Assembly (NCBI GenBank): GCA_023920165.1
Contig: CP089281.1
Span: forward strand, 1,364,001-1,428,000
Direction: 5' to 3'
Source: Curvularia clavata
Taxonomy: Eukaryota
DNA: 64,000 nucleotides
Shown here piece after piece: positions 45,121 through 56,531 of this stretch. Under the pieces are notes generated by a model, which saw nothing but the letters and a program-made list of their open reading frames with translations, did not search any database and had not been told where the DNA came from. A program made the position numbers and the translations under genes. How positions within the stretch are numbered: position 1 is the stretch's first letter; each line of letters opens with the position of its first letter.

Positions 45121-46231
45121 TCAAAGCCTCCCCCAAATCACCGTCGCAGCTGGCGGTTCAATCCCAACACTATCCACCTGGCTCGGGATACTGGGCGGCG
45201 GAAAGTCATCATCATCCTCTGGTGGTGGCTCCGTGTCGTCCTGGCGCTTACCCCAGATCACGGTTGCGCTGGGTGGTTCGACGCCGATGCTGTTGGCCTG
45301 GCTGGGGATGCTGGGGGGTGGGAAGTCGTCGTCGTCTTCAGGGGGTAGCTCGGTGTCTTCAGGCGAGGAAGGGACGCCGGTGGGTTCGTCCCGTGCGGCT
45401 TTGCCCCAGCTTATGCTGTATTGAGGGGGGGCGAGTGTGATGTCAGGGGGGGCGTAGGAAGTGTACTCTGAGGTTGGGGTAGGGGTAGGTGTGGGCGTGG
45501 GTTTCGAGGAAGGTTTAGGCGGGGGTGTTGGTGTGGGCTTTGTAGTGGGCTTGGGCCATTTCGTGGGCTTGATGTAGCGCTGTTGCAAGCCCCAGCTTAT
45601 ACTGTACCCGGGTGGCGGTGGGATTGCAGATGTTGATACGGCTGGCGGGTTGGGCTTCGTCGTCGGCTTCAAAGTCGTTGGTTTTGGTGGCCAGGGGTTC
45701 CATGGGTTCCATGGGTTCCAGGGGGGGTATCCGGGCTTCTTAGTCGAAGACGTTGGCTTAGGGGTGCTAGAGCTGGACCAGACAGGCGGAGCGGGTGTAG
45801 TAGATGGAGTGGGTTTTGGTGTAGGTGTGGATGTAGCGCCTGGTCCTTCTCCATCCCAGCTGATGCTATAGGTTGGGTTTCCGATACTGATTTGATCACT
45901 TGGTTTTGAAGGAGGATCCTCGGGCTTGGTTGTTGGTTCGGGAGAGCTCGTCTCCCAGCTTATGCCGTATGATGGTTGTCCGAGGCTAATCTGGTCTGTT
46001 GGCTGGGACGGGGGATAGACAGGCTCTTCAGGAGCAGGGGTAGTTTCAGGACTGCCACCATCCCAGGAGATGCTTTGCTTAGGGGGGTTAATCTCGAATT
46101 GACGCTCTTGGAGGCCTGCAGGTGCAGCACGAATGCTAATGGGCGTCAGCATGGATAGAAGATACAGGCAAAATAACAAACCTGATAGCGAGGCCAAGCA
46201 GCACCAGCACACTGTTGCGTGCAGGAGCCAT
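45121..46231 (-). CDS. Secreted Pro/Ser/Thr-rich repeat protein (354 aa) with recurring [I/V]xW motifs; intron 46181-46136
   Basis: Spliced signal peptide MAPARNSVLVLLGLAISIRA, then APAGLQER; repeats SISW/GISW/TVIW; duplicated C-terminal ~40-aa unit. Confidence 0.82.
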
Positions 46232-47168
46232 GTTGGTTCAACAATAGACTATGCAGGAGTAGTTGCTGTGGCTTTGTGGATGTGCTTTACGCTGTCCATT
46301 GCGACTGTGCGGCAAAGTTATAGACAATTTTTTGGGTCCTTCATTTGGTCAATCAAGGGGTACATGCAGCATACAGTTCCAAGATGAAAGATACGAGGCC
46401 ACACGACATGAGCCCGTAACTAACTTCGGTTACACAGATGCAATACTAAGGGCATGCATTAGCGAGCTGTGTTAGTCAAGGTCCCGGGTTCTAGGTTGTG
46501 CTTTTGAGCTTGCAGTGCAATATACACTGATAACCGCCGGGTCCATTTTCAGCATCAATTGAGGGAATCCTAAATTTGGATATGTGCCTTCCGAAGGAAT
46601 GCGCTGATTCGACGAAATGTGGAAGGTACCGGGAGAATTAAAGTGCGTCTTGTTTGGCTATATTGCTGGTTATTTTGCATGATCGTAACATGGTTGCAGA
46701 TAGCCGGAACTACAGGGTCTTCCACGTGAGAACTTTGCATATTATATGAATCGCTTGACCAGCAAAACTGTCTCGCTTATACTGCCTCGGTTCTGAAATG
46801 AATTTCCAAAAACCTGTCGGCTTTGTCGGATGAGCGCAAGGAAGAACATGCAGTTCTTATTGGTACAGCCACCCCGGTACCTGTCTGGGAATACATATGC
46901 TAGAGCTCCGCTTCGTTTTGGAAAGAGGAGAGAAGGTTTTTACAGCAGACGGCGGACTGAGAGCATCCTTGTCAATTGATCTTTCGAAATCCCTGTGAGC
47001 TGCCGTATCCAACTCGCGATAAACATATTGCTGATGGCCAGTCACCGACCAATTGGTGGGAGCCATTAAAGGACGCCTGTTTGAGCAAAGAATAGTGGTA
47101 TACGCCTCGACTTTGAGGGGGAATTGCATCCTCCAATTACTCCTCGTGCACATGCGATGTACCTGGTG

Positions 47169-48815
47169 TCACCCGTCGTGCGGGGGATCAAGAATTTTAT
47201 CTAGAGGCCATTTACGTATGGCACGAATGCTTAGCAGGTCTAGATGACCCGCTTCGAACATTTCCAGTCCAGCCCACCCAATCATAGCAGCATTGTCGGT
47301 ACAGAATTTGGGAGGAGGAAAATAAAGTTCAACGTCTGGAAATCCGTGAGCGCAAAGGGTACATGCGAGTCTGGGCGTAAGTCAGCATAATCTATCTTCA
47401 GTACTAAACGAGAGTGGCCGCAAGTACTGGTCATTGGGTAGACGTACATGTGTCGAAGAAGGGAATTTGCAGCGACGCCTCCGGCTAGTACAACCGCAGG
47501 CTTGGGCGCTGCAATGTCCTGCTGGGACTGCAGACCCAAAACTACTCGAGAAGCTACATGCTCAAAGGTTGCACGCATAGTCTCTCTAGCCAGATCTCTT
47601 CGCTCTTCAATGTCAATGTCGGCAGCTGCTCGCTCACTTTTGTTGAACTTCTTAGTAACGGGGTCCATGCCGTGCCGTACGATGCGCTCGACCATTGTGG
47701 TGATGCCGGAAAAGCTCATCTCAAGACTATTGATTTTGATGCCTCCGCCAGACCTAGTCAGCGGTTTATTGAGGGCCCAACCCCATTTCGTAGTGCTTCT
47801 CCGCATTGCATCTTCATGATTTGCCGGGACCTCATACCACTTGTATTGATATCCATGGGCGCTCAGGTACGCTTCAGCAGAACAAGTGGACTGTCGGGAT
47901 AGAAGTGCAGTTTGTTTCGCGGTTGTTGGCCCTCCCGGGCTTATACCAGGAAATGCAAACGCTTCAAGAAGTGCACCGTACATGGTGCTCTTGGTTGTCT
48001 GCAGTAGTTCTGCAGGCAGGACAACGCGGGCGATCTTGTCCAAACATTCGCCAATGGCAATGTCATTGGTACTGCCCAGCACACGATGATCTGTCAGAGA
48101 AGCAGAGTGGATGAGCAACGTGTGGCCGCCCGATGCCAGTACTGACAGGAACGGAAACTTGGGTGCAAGTTCATCACTGCTAGGCGCTTGCATAGTGGAT
48201 TCATTGGGCAAAGTACGAGCATGGGATTCAAGAGCGCTGACCATACGTGGGGTGAGGGCATGGGCTTGCATGTGATGAACACCGACAAGAGGTTTCTGGT
48301 CTATGTGTCAGTCACATGTTGACGAGAAGACAAGCATGCAGTACCTGCCACGCTACGGCGAGGCCCTTTGCGGTATCAAGACCAGTGAACAAGTTGCTAC
48401 GCATGCCGGGTCCGCGCGTAACTGAGATGAAGTCGGGCAGCCTTCTTTTCGTTATATCCACGTCGCCTGGTTGCACTGCGCCTGCGCCTGCATCTGCAAG
48501 AATCTCCCCGTTGCGGACCGGTAGATGGCGAATGGCTTCACGAAGAAGAATCGCCAGGCTCTCCTGGTGAGACTGCAGTGATACTAGTGGATGCACGCCT
48601 TGATATAATGAATTATTGGATGTCACTTTCTCATGGAAATGCAGCTGTGCTGTCACCCGGCCATGCTGGTATGCTTTCTCGACTATGGCGACTGAAGTGT
48701 CATCGCACGAAGTTTCGACGGCAAGGGTCATCAGGCATCTTTGCAGTCTCCATTGCAGCGAACGAGGCGTTTGTGAGCGGAGGGCGGCCTGGAGCACAAG
48801 GGAACAAGGCCGCAT
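47169..48815 (-). CDS. QRI7: Mitochondrial tRNA N6-adenosine threonylcarbamoyltransferase (Qri7/OSGEPL1/TsaD family); 2 introns
   Basis: LAVETSCDDT, VTRGPG, VGVHHMQAHAL, LASGGHT, GECLDK, AGGVAAN, CTDNAAMIGWAG; Arg-rich presequence. Confidence 0.92.
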
Positions 48816-49075
48816 ACCTCTGGCGGTGGCACGTGAAGATTGCGGGCGGTTGGATGGTACAGGCACGGCGACGGAGGTGTGGTGGTAGCGAGTAGGATTT
48901 GCGTGCATGAACTTCGGAAGGGTTCCGAGGCGGGTCCCTGGCCAGGCCCTGTGACGTAGGGCCGAAGCTTCGAGCCTCACATGCGCCGCAATCAGCACAT
49001 CTGAGCCCGCCCATCTGGCCTGACCTCATCCCTTCGACCATACGATGAAATGCATCCATAGACGTTCTCCATTCC

Positions 49076-51826
49076 ATGGCTGATATCGACAAGAAGACCG
49101 ACGGCCCGGAGCCGTATTCCGCGGCTGGCTTCGACTTTACCCTCTTGCCAGATTACGACGATGACTTCGTCCAAGAAGACCACTTCATCGAGTTTGCCAA
49201 AGCGCTGGCTGCCCCCGAGAACTCGCCATCCACCGAAGACCTCACGTCGCCGCCCCCCGAGCGAGCCTTTATCTCGGCGCAAAACGATTGGCGACCCGTC
49301 CACCAGCGCGTCAAGCGGCGCAAGAAGACAAATGCCCCGCCGCGACGTGGCAAAGATGAGACACGCGAAGGCTTTGTCTACGTGCTGCTCAAGTGGCCGC
49401 TGCTGATTGTGGTGCTCGGATGGCTGCTCTTCCTTAGCATAGCCTACATCTTCACGCGCCTGTATATCTATCTGTACGAGCACTGGGTTACATGGCGGGG
49501 AACACGCCAAAGGCTGCGCCAGCGCCTACAGGACGCGAGATCATACCAAGAATGGGTACGAGGCGCAAAAGAGATGGATACATATCTTGGCAATGACGCG
49601 TGGAAGGAGAAGGCTGAATACGCCTACTACGACAGCAAGACGATCGCAAAGGTGCACCAGCAGATGGTCAAATTGCGGCAGAAGGCAGAAGCAGAAGAGA
49701 ACACTCCTTCTGGCCCAAAAGACAAACAAGGTTCACATACAGCCGTCGAGGACCTTCGTGCGCTCTTAGAAGGTAGGAGTGTCCCCAATTATACAAGAGT
49801 CGGCCAACTAACGTCTGCATACAGCTTCAATGAAGAATAATTTCGTTGGATTTGAGAACCCTCGACTGTACAGCGAAACATACTACGGAACCAAGAAGCT
49901 TGTCCAGGACTTTGTGGATGAAGCTGAGACCTCGCTCTCCTTCCTCCTGCGGACCACACAACTTGATGCCGACAACAAGCGCGCACTCTTCAAGCACTTG
50001 GGCAGCAACTTTGGTCGTACTGCACTTTGCCTTTCAGGAGGAGCCACATTCGCCTACTACCATTTTGGTGTGGCTAAGGCTTTAATGGACGCCGATCTTC
50101 TGCCAGAAGTTATCACAGGCACGTCGGGCGGCGCCCTTGTTGCTGCGCTGCTATGTACAAGGACAGATGATGAGCTTAAGAAACTGCTTGTACCAGCGCT
50201 TGCTTACCGTATCACAGCCTGCCACGAGGGATTCCTCACATGGTCAAAGAGATGGTGGAAAACCGGCGCCAGGTTCGACAGTATCGATTGGGCCAAGAAG
50301 TGCGCTTGGATGACACACGGCAGCCTTACGTTCAAAGAAGCATACCAAAGAACTGGCCGCATACTGAATGTCTCCTGCGTCCCATCCGATCCGCACTCAC
50401 CGACCATCCTGGCCAACTATATCACCGCCCCCGACTGTGTGATTTGGTCGGCAGTCTTGGCTTCAGCTGCTGTTCCTGGTATACTCAACCCTGTGGTTCT
50501 GATGAAGAAGAATAAAGACGGAACTCTTGCACCTTACTCTTTTGGCCACAAGTGGAAGGACGGCAGTCTAAGGTAAGCCTGAGAATCCGAAAAAAGCTTT
50601 TATCTACTGACGATAGCCCGCACGGGTTGTAGGACGGATATTCCACTCAAGGCCCTAAACCTTCATTTCAACGTGCGCTTTTCAATAGTCAGTCAAGTCA
50701 ATCCTCACATCAATATATTCTTCTTCTCGTCTCGCGGGTCGGTCGGTCGACCTGTCACTCATCGACGCGGGCGCGGCTGGAGAGGCGGTTTTCTTGGCTC
50801 GGCTACAGAGCAGGTATGTTGAGCACGTCCTCGCATCCAATTAATTTCCTGTACATTTTCTGATGGCATCTGTAGTATCTCAAACTTGATCTCTACAAGT
50901 GGCTCAAGGTTCTCCGTCACCTCGAACTTTTGCCTAGACCACTAGGTCAGGACTGGAGCGAGCTGTGGCTCCAACGTTTCAACGGAACGATCACCATTTG
51001 GCCCAAGTCCATCCCCTCAGATTTCATTCACATCTTGTCTGACCCTACTCCACAAAGACTAGCTCGCATGATCCATGTGGGTCAGCAGTCTGCTTTCCCA
51101 AAGTTGAAGTTTATTGCAAATCGAGCCAAATTGGAGCGCGCGATACAGGAGGGTAGGCGAAAGTACAGGCCTCGAGGTGCACGCGATGAAGAAGCGATCA
51201 ACGCGCTCAGCGAAGAGGACCTTCGCAGCTTGCTCAAGCGCACACATAGTGACGGACCTAATGGGGATGTTCCGTATCCCGCATCTGGTTCAGAGTCTTC
51301 GTCTTCTGCTGGCATTTCACGACCAGGGTCCCCGATAGAGCTGCCTCTGGGCTTCACCTTTACCCGCAAGCAGAAGGCCAAGCTTCCCAACATCACAACA
51401 AATGCTGAAAAACAGCCTGAAGTTCCTGATAGTCCCTCCTTCTCCAAACGTCTAAGTGGCTGGTGGTCAGCCATGTCACCACAAGCCTCTTCGCGTCCCG
51501 ACGTTGCACAACCCCCAGCGCCTCAAGGCAAGCTACGTGCTTCACCATTTAGTCACGATCGTCCTAATTCGATGTTTGAGTTCCGCTCTCCAGGTGTGTT
51601 GGGCGATTTCCCCACTGGAAGGAAGCAGAGCAGAGTCTTTGACGACTCGGACGATGATGAAGCGATCCCGAGTACTTCTCGGCGCAAGCAGCAGCAGCAA
51701 GGTGCTGAGTTTGGTGATGCAGGCGCAGGAGATGGAGAGGAGCATGGTGAAGCAGATTTTGGTGATGATGAGGAGGAAGACAGAAAAGAAACGCAGAACG
51801 TTGCCGTAGGCCTTGGGCTTGAGTGA
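49076..51826 (+). CDS. Patatin-like phospholipase/triacylglycerol lipase (Tgl3/4/5-related); 3 introns
   Basis: LCLSGGATFAYYHFGV, ITGTSGG (nucleophile Ser), SAVLASAAVPG, WKDGS; N-terminal TM segment. Confidence 0.92.
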
Positions 51827-52408
51827 CAAGCAATATAACTCATTTCGGTTGTAATAGTTGGACCTAAATTAGACTGTAGAACGTGTACTCTCTAGAATTT
51901 GCTAATCTTAATCTATCTAAACAAAAATAATTGACACAAAGGCCGGTCCATCCCTCCAGAACTACCAAAAATACAATAATCAACCAATCTTCACTCTTCT
52001 CAGCTTCTGTTGCCCCAACAAATGTCCGGATTCGGACGGCTGCCCTTCAAGTTTAACAACCCTAGTGTGGGATATTGAGTGAAGAGAAAGTAAATGAAGT
52101 GAGAGAGCGGATTGCGATTGTCTTCTCTGCACATTGTATGGCGTCTTTGGGACTCAGACAGCGCGTGTTTGCGCTGGTGGAGTTTTCAGAGACTCTAATA
52201 ACCTGCAGGCAATTTCATTTGGCTAATCTCACAGTACGAATACGTGACTGTCGCGTGGTGGAGACGGGCCAGGCTTGGCATGTCGTCATCTGAACGCGCC
52301 TTGGACGCGCGATCACCAGGCAACAGGCGCCATGTCTTAACTTCCCTTGGACACCACAGGCTGAATCCATTCATCAAAACTCATGGCCTGCGGCTATAGA
52401 GGAGTGCC

Positions 52409-55400
52409 ATGGGTGTCACTGGCCTCTGGACCGTCGTGCAGCCCTGCGCGCGGCCGATTAAGATTGAAACGCTGAACAAGAAACGACTCGCTGTCGATGC
52501 TTCCATCTGGATTTACCAATTCCTCAAAGCTGTTCGTGACAAGGAAGGAAATGCGCTGCGCAACAGCCACATCGTTGGCTTCTTCCGCAGAATATGCAAA
52601 CTTCTTTTTATCGGCATCAAGCCGGTTTTCGTCTTTGATGGCGGTGCTCCAGCGCTGAAACGACAGACCATTCGCCACCGTAAGTCGCGCCGAGAGGGCA
52701 GACGGGACGATGCAGTCAAGACTGCCGCCAAGCTGCTGGCGATACAGATGCAGAGGGCTGCTGAAGAGGAAGATTTGAAGAGGAGAGAAGCTACAAAACA
52801 TCCACAGGAAAAGGAGCACGAAGAGGAGATACCTGAAAACTTGGTGTACGCAGACGAACTACTCCAGACGCCCCAAGAGCGGACGCAGAATCGTACATTC
52901 AAGAAGAAGGATCAATATCATTTACCAGATCTCGGCAGATCCATGGCAGAAATGGGCGCTGCAAATGACCCCAGAGTCATGTCGCTTGAGGAATTGGAAG
53001 AATATGCGCGGCAGTTCGATAGAGGCGAAGACATCAATGTCTACGATTTCTCAAAGATTGACTTCGATGGTCACTTTTTCCAAAGTCTGCCCCCCGCCGA
53101 TCGTTACAATATTCTGAATGCAGCCAGACTCCGTAGCCGGCTGAGAATGGGTCACTCTAAGGAACAGCTTGATGCAATGTTCCCGGACAGAATGGCATTC
53201 TCAAAATTTCAGATTGAGCGTGTACGTGAACGCAACGAACTCACCCAACGGTTGATGAATCTCAACGGCATGAACGACGATGCTTTTGGCAGCGGGGGTT
53301 TCAATCGCATTGCAGGTGAGAGAGACAGGGAGTACGTCCTTGTTAAGAATGACGGGGTTGAGGGTGGCTGGGCACTTGGTGTAGTCTTGAACAAGGAAGC
53401 AGGAAAAGAACACAAGCCAATCGAGGTGGAACCCTCACGGCCTACAACTGAGAATGATGGCGAGTGGGAAGATGACGAAGATTTTGAGGATGTACCAATT
53501 GAAGGCTTAAACCGGCTGCCTAAGCCTAACGGAGGGTTGAGTGCCCAAGAGAAAGAAGGTCGTGAATTCATCGCCAACGAGTTGGCAACAAGGCGTCGAC
53601 AGCTTTACAAGTCGAGGAAGGAAAATCCAAAGCAGGTCGCTCCCAACCGGGCCGCACCAGTTGACCAGAATCCTGACTCGTTATTCCTCGCTGATGATAA
53701 CGACGAACAAGACTGGATGGATTTACATGGCAATGACGACAATGACCTAGCCGAAGATGCAGGCGACCAACTCGAGAATGAACAGCTCCAACAAGCAATT
53801 GCATTATCACTGCAGTCAGGACAAAAGCCGCCCCAGGAAAGCGCCGAGGAGTCCGAAGATGATCCTGTCCGCGAGGTTTTCCAACAAAGACGTGCTGAAG
53901 AAACTAATCCCTTCGCCGGAACCAAGAGCTCTGGTCCTGCCATTGGAAGGCTTGCCAATCAACGCAGTAGTAAACTGGCTGTCAAAGGCCCCTTCGACGG
54001 TAGCGATAGTGAGGACGAGATAGACCTTCAGGCTGCGCTGAGCGAATCTCGCAAGTCGAAACGCCCCGCAAAGGTGCAAAAGCCATCGCCTAGACCTCAA
54101 GTTCAAGCATCATCATCCACTATTGAACCCGCACCCGGAAAGATAAACACAGCAGGTTTTGATGGGCCGCTTCCTTTCGAGAGACTCAATCTGGGTAATT
54201 CTCTCCTTGGTAAGAAGAAGATGGAAAAGTTGGAGGCAGACAATGCGGGAGGCTTTGAGAAGGACTACGCAGAGGAGAAGAAGGCCGCAGCACCGCTTCC
54301 GCCTTGGTTCAACGCCTCAAGAGACATTGCGTCAGAAGTCAACTCTCAGCGACATGAAGAGAAGCTTCTATGGGAAGAAGCTCGTAGAGAGGAAAAGAAC
54401 AGGTTTCAGTTCCAGGAGCTCCCGAGCTTGCGCAAGCAAGACACAACGGAAGTCATTGATGTGGATGCGCCAGCGAGTCAAGATCAAAACCAAGTGATAA
54501 TGATTGACTCGGATGACGATATTGATGCGCACATGGAGGATGTGCCTGCTGAAGAACCAGAGGTGAAGATGGGTGATCTGGCCGACAAAGTCAGAGCGGA
54601 GCCTCCAAAACCGCTTTCTCCAGGACAGCCGTCGCCACCTCTCCAGGATCATGCGTTATTGAAGAAGAGTCCATTTGCAGATGATTCCGATGAAGGTCCG
54701 GTTGAATGGTCAGAGAGTGAGCCGGAGGACGAACAGCGCGCGCAACAGAAACCCGCAGATGATTTGGAGGCAAAGTCACCTCCACGACAGATCTCTGAAG
54801 CTCCATCTGATGAGTTCGAAGATGTACCAATGCAGACGGAGCCGGCTCCTGCACCCGAGCCTGCCAAGTCACCGTCACCCGAATTCGAAGACGTGCCTTT
54901 ACAAGGTGGAAGCACTGCAGAACCCGAGCATCCGAAATCTCCATCGCCTGAGTTTGAGGACATTCCCCTTCGACAGGACAAACCACACCAACCCCAGAGA
55001 GAGTTTTCACCGCTGCAGGGACCAGAAGATCTTACGAAACCCATTGTTCCACACAGTGGCGTTGCTAATGACAATCTTCCTATAGACGTGGCCGAAAGGG
55101 ACGATTCTGACCAATACTCTGATCCCGAAGACGAAGACCTTTTCGCATCTCTTGCCAAAGAAGCAGAAGAGCACGCGCGTTTTGCCCAAGAGCTAACCAA
55201 CAACACGGCCGCGCGCATAGATTTTGACGAAGAGCTCAAGCAACTACGCGCTCAACAGAAGAAGGACCGTCGAGACGCTGATGAAGTCACGCAAACCATG
55301 ATATCAGAGTGTCAACAGCTACTCACTTTGTTCGGCTTGCCATACATCACAGCGCCCATGGAAGCTGAGGCGCAGTGCGCCGAACTCGTCAATCTGGGTC

Positions 55401-56377
55401 TTGTCGATGGCATCGTGACTGATGATTCCGATATTTTCCTCTTTGGTGGCACACGTGTGTACAAAAACATGTTCAATGCAGCCAAATTCGTCGAATGCTA
55501 TCTTTCGCAAGATCTCTCCTCCGAGTTCAGCCTCACGCGCGAAAAGTTAATCGACATTGCGCAACTCCTCGGCTCAGACTACACAGCCGGCATCCCTGGC
55601 ATTGGCCCCGTCACCGCGCTAGAAATCCTCTCCGAGTTCAAAGATCTCCAGAGCTTCAGAACATGGTGGGATGGCGTACAGAGCGGAACCATCAAGAAAG
55701 AAGACGACGCAAAGAGCTCGTTTCGCAAGCGGTTCCGCAAGAATCAAGCTACGAAGTTGTTTCTCCCATCGTCATTTCCCGACCCCAGAGTCGCCGAAGC
55801 ATACCTGCACCCAGAAGTCGATAACGACCCTGAGCCTTTCCAATGGGGCGTCCCCGATCTCGCGGCTCTCCGCACATACTTGAGTGTGCAGATTGGATGG
55901 AGTACAGAGCGCACGGATGAGGTTCTTGTCCCGGTTATTCGCGATATGAATCGCAGGGAGAAGGAGGGCACGCAGTCCAATATCACGAGGTTCTTTGAAG
56001 GCAGTGTGGGGGCGGGCGCTTTTGCACCGAGGGTGAGGAATACAGAGGGGAGTGGGCCGAGTGGGAAGAAGAAAGGGAAGAGTGCTGTAGGGAAGAGGCT
56101 GGGTACAGCGCTAAGTAGGTTGGCGGAGAGGGAGGGGGCTACGGGTGGGACTGAGGAGAATAGTGAAGATGGGGCTGAGGAGGAGTTGGGCAGTGGCGAT
56201 GGTACAAATAGCAGGAAGAAGAGGAAAGCTGCTACGCGTAAGCCTACATCGCTGGCGGAGAAGGAGGACCAAGGCGCTGGTGATGATGCTGAGGAAGATG
56301 AAGACGACGAGGATGAATTATACGAGGAGCCCTCGAAGAAGAAGTCTAGGAAGACTCGCAAGGCAAAGGCAGTCTAG
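52409..56377 (+). CDS. RAD2: XPG/Rad2 structure-specific nucleotide excision repair endonuclease
   Basis: XPG-N MGVTGLW...LAVDASIWIYQF...PVFVFDG; XPG-I PYITAPMEAEAQCA...TDDSDIFLFG, LLGSDYTAGIPGIGPVTALE; PIP box QSNITRFF. Confidence 0.97.
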   Translation: MGVTGLWTVVQPCARPIKIETLNKKRLAVDASIWIYQFLKAVRDKEGNALRNSHIVGFFRRICKLLFIGIKPVFVFDGGAPALKRQTIRHRKSRREGRRDDAVKTAAKLLAIQMQRAAEEEDLKRREATKHPQEKEHEEEIPENLVYADELLQTPQERTQNRTFKKKDQYHLPDLGRSMAEMGAANDPRVMSLEELEEYARQFDRGEDINVYDFSKIDFDGHFFQSLPPADRYNILNAARLRSRLRMGHSKEQLDAMFPDRMAFSKFQIERVRERNELTQRLMNLNGMNDDAFGSGGFNRIAGERDREYVLVKNDGVEGGWALGVVLNKEAGKEHKPIEVEPSRPTTENDGEWEDDEDFEDVPIEGLNRLPKPNGGLSAQEKEGREFIANELATRRRQLYKSRKENPKQVAPNRAAPVDQNPDSLFLADDNDEQDWMDLHGNDDNDLAEDAGDQLENEQLQQAIALSLQSGQKPPQESAEESEDDPVREVFQQRRAEETNPFAGTKSSGPAIGRLANQRSSKLAVKGPFDGSDSEDEIDLQAALSESRKSKRPAKVQKPSPRPQVQASSSTIEPAPGKINTAGFDGPLPFERLNLGNSLLGKKKMEKLEADNAGGFEKDYAEEKKAAAPLPPWFNASRDIASEVNSQRHEEKLLWEEARREEKNRFQFQELPSLRKQDTTEVIDVDAPASQDQNQVIMIDSDDDIDAHMEDVPAEEPEVKMGDLADKVRAEPPKPLSPGQPSPPLQDHALLKKSPFADDSDEGPVEWSESEPEDEQRAQQKPADDLEAKSPPRQISEAPSDEFEDVPMQTEPAPAPEPAKSPSPEFEDVPLQGGSTAEPEHPKSPSPEFEDIPLRQDKPHQPQREFSPLQGPEDLTKPIVPHSGVANDNLPIDVAERDDSDQYSDPEDEDLFASLAKEAEEHARFAQELTNNTAARIDFDEELKQLRAQQKKDRRDADEVTQTMISECQQLLTLFGLPYITAPMEAEAQCAELVNLGLVDGIVTDDSDIFLFGGTRVYKNMFNAAKFVECYLSQDLSSEFSLTREKLIDIAQLLGSDYTAGIPGIGPVTALEILSEFKDLQSFRTWWDGVQSGTIKKEDDAKSSFRKRFRKNQATKLFLPSSFPDPRVAEAYLHPEVDNDPEPFQWGVPDLAALRTYLSVQIGWSTERTDEVLVPVIRDMNRREKEGTQSNITRFFEGSVGAGAFAPRVRNTEGSGPSGKKKGKSAVGKRLGTALSRLAEREGATGGTEENSEDGAEEELGSGDGTNSRKKRKAATRKPTSLAEKEDQGAGDDAEEDEDDEDELYEEPSKKKSRKTRKAKAV

Positions 56378-56531
56378 TCGACTCCAGCAACGCAATACTT
56401 TCAGCTTCAGATGCAACAACAGGCGTGAATAAATGACTAGACTATAATAACGATATCCTACAAATGGTATAATGCCATCTTTGACCTTCGCATCGCTTCA
56501 AAGCGAGTAAAGACACAATACAAGTCCCCTC

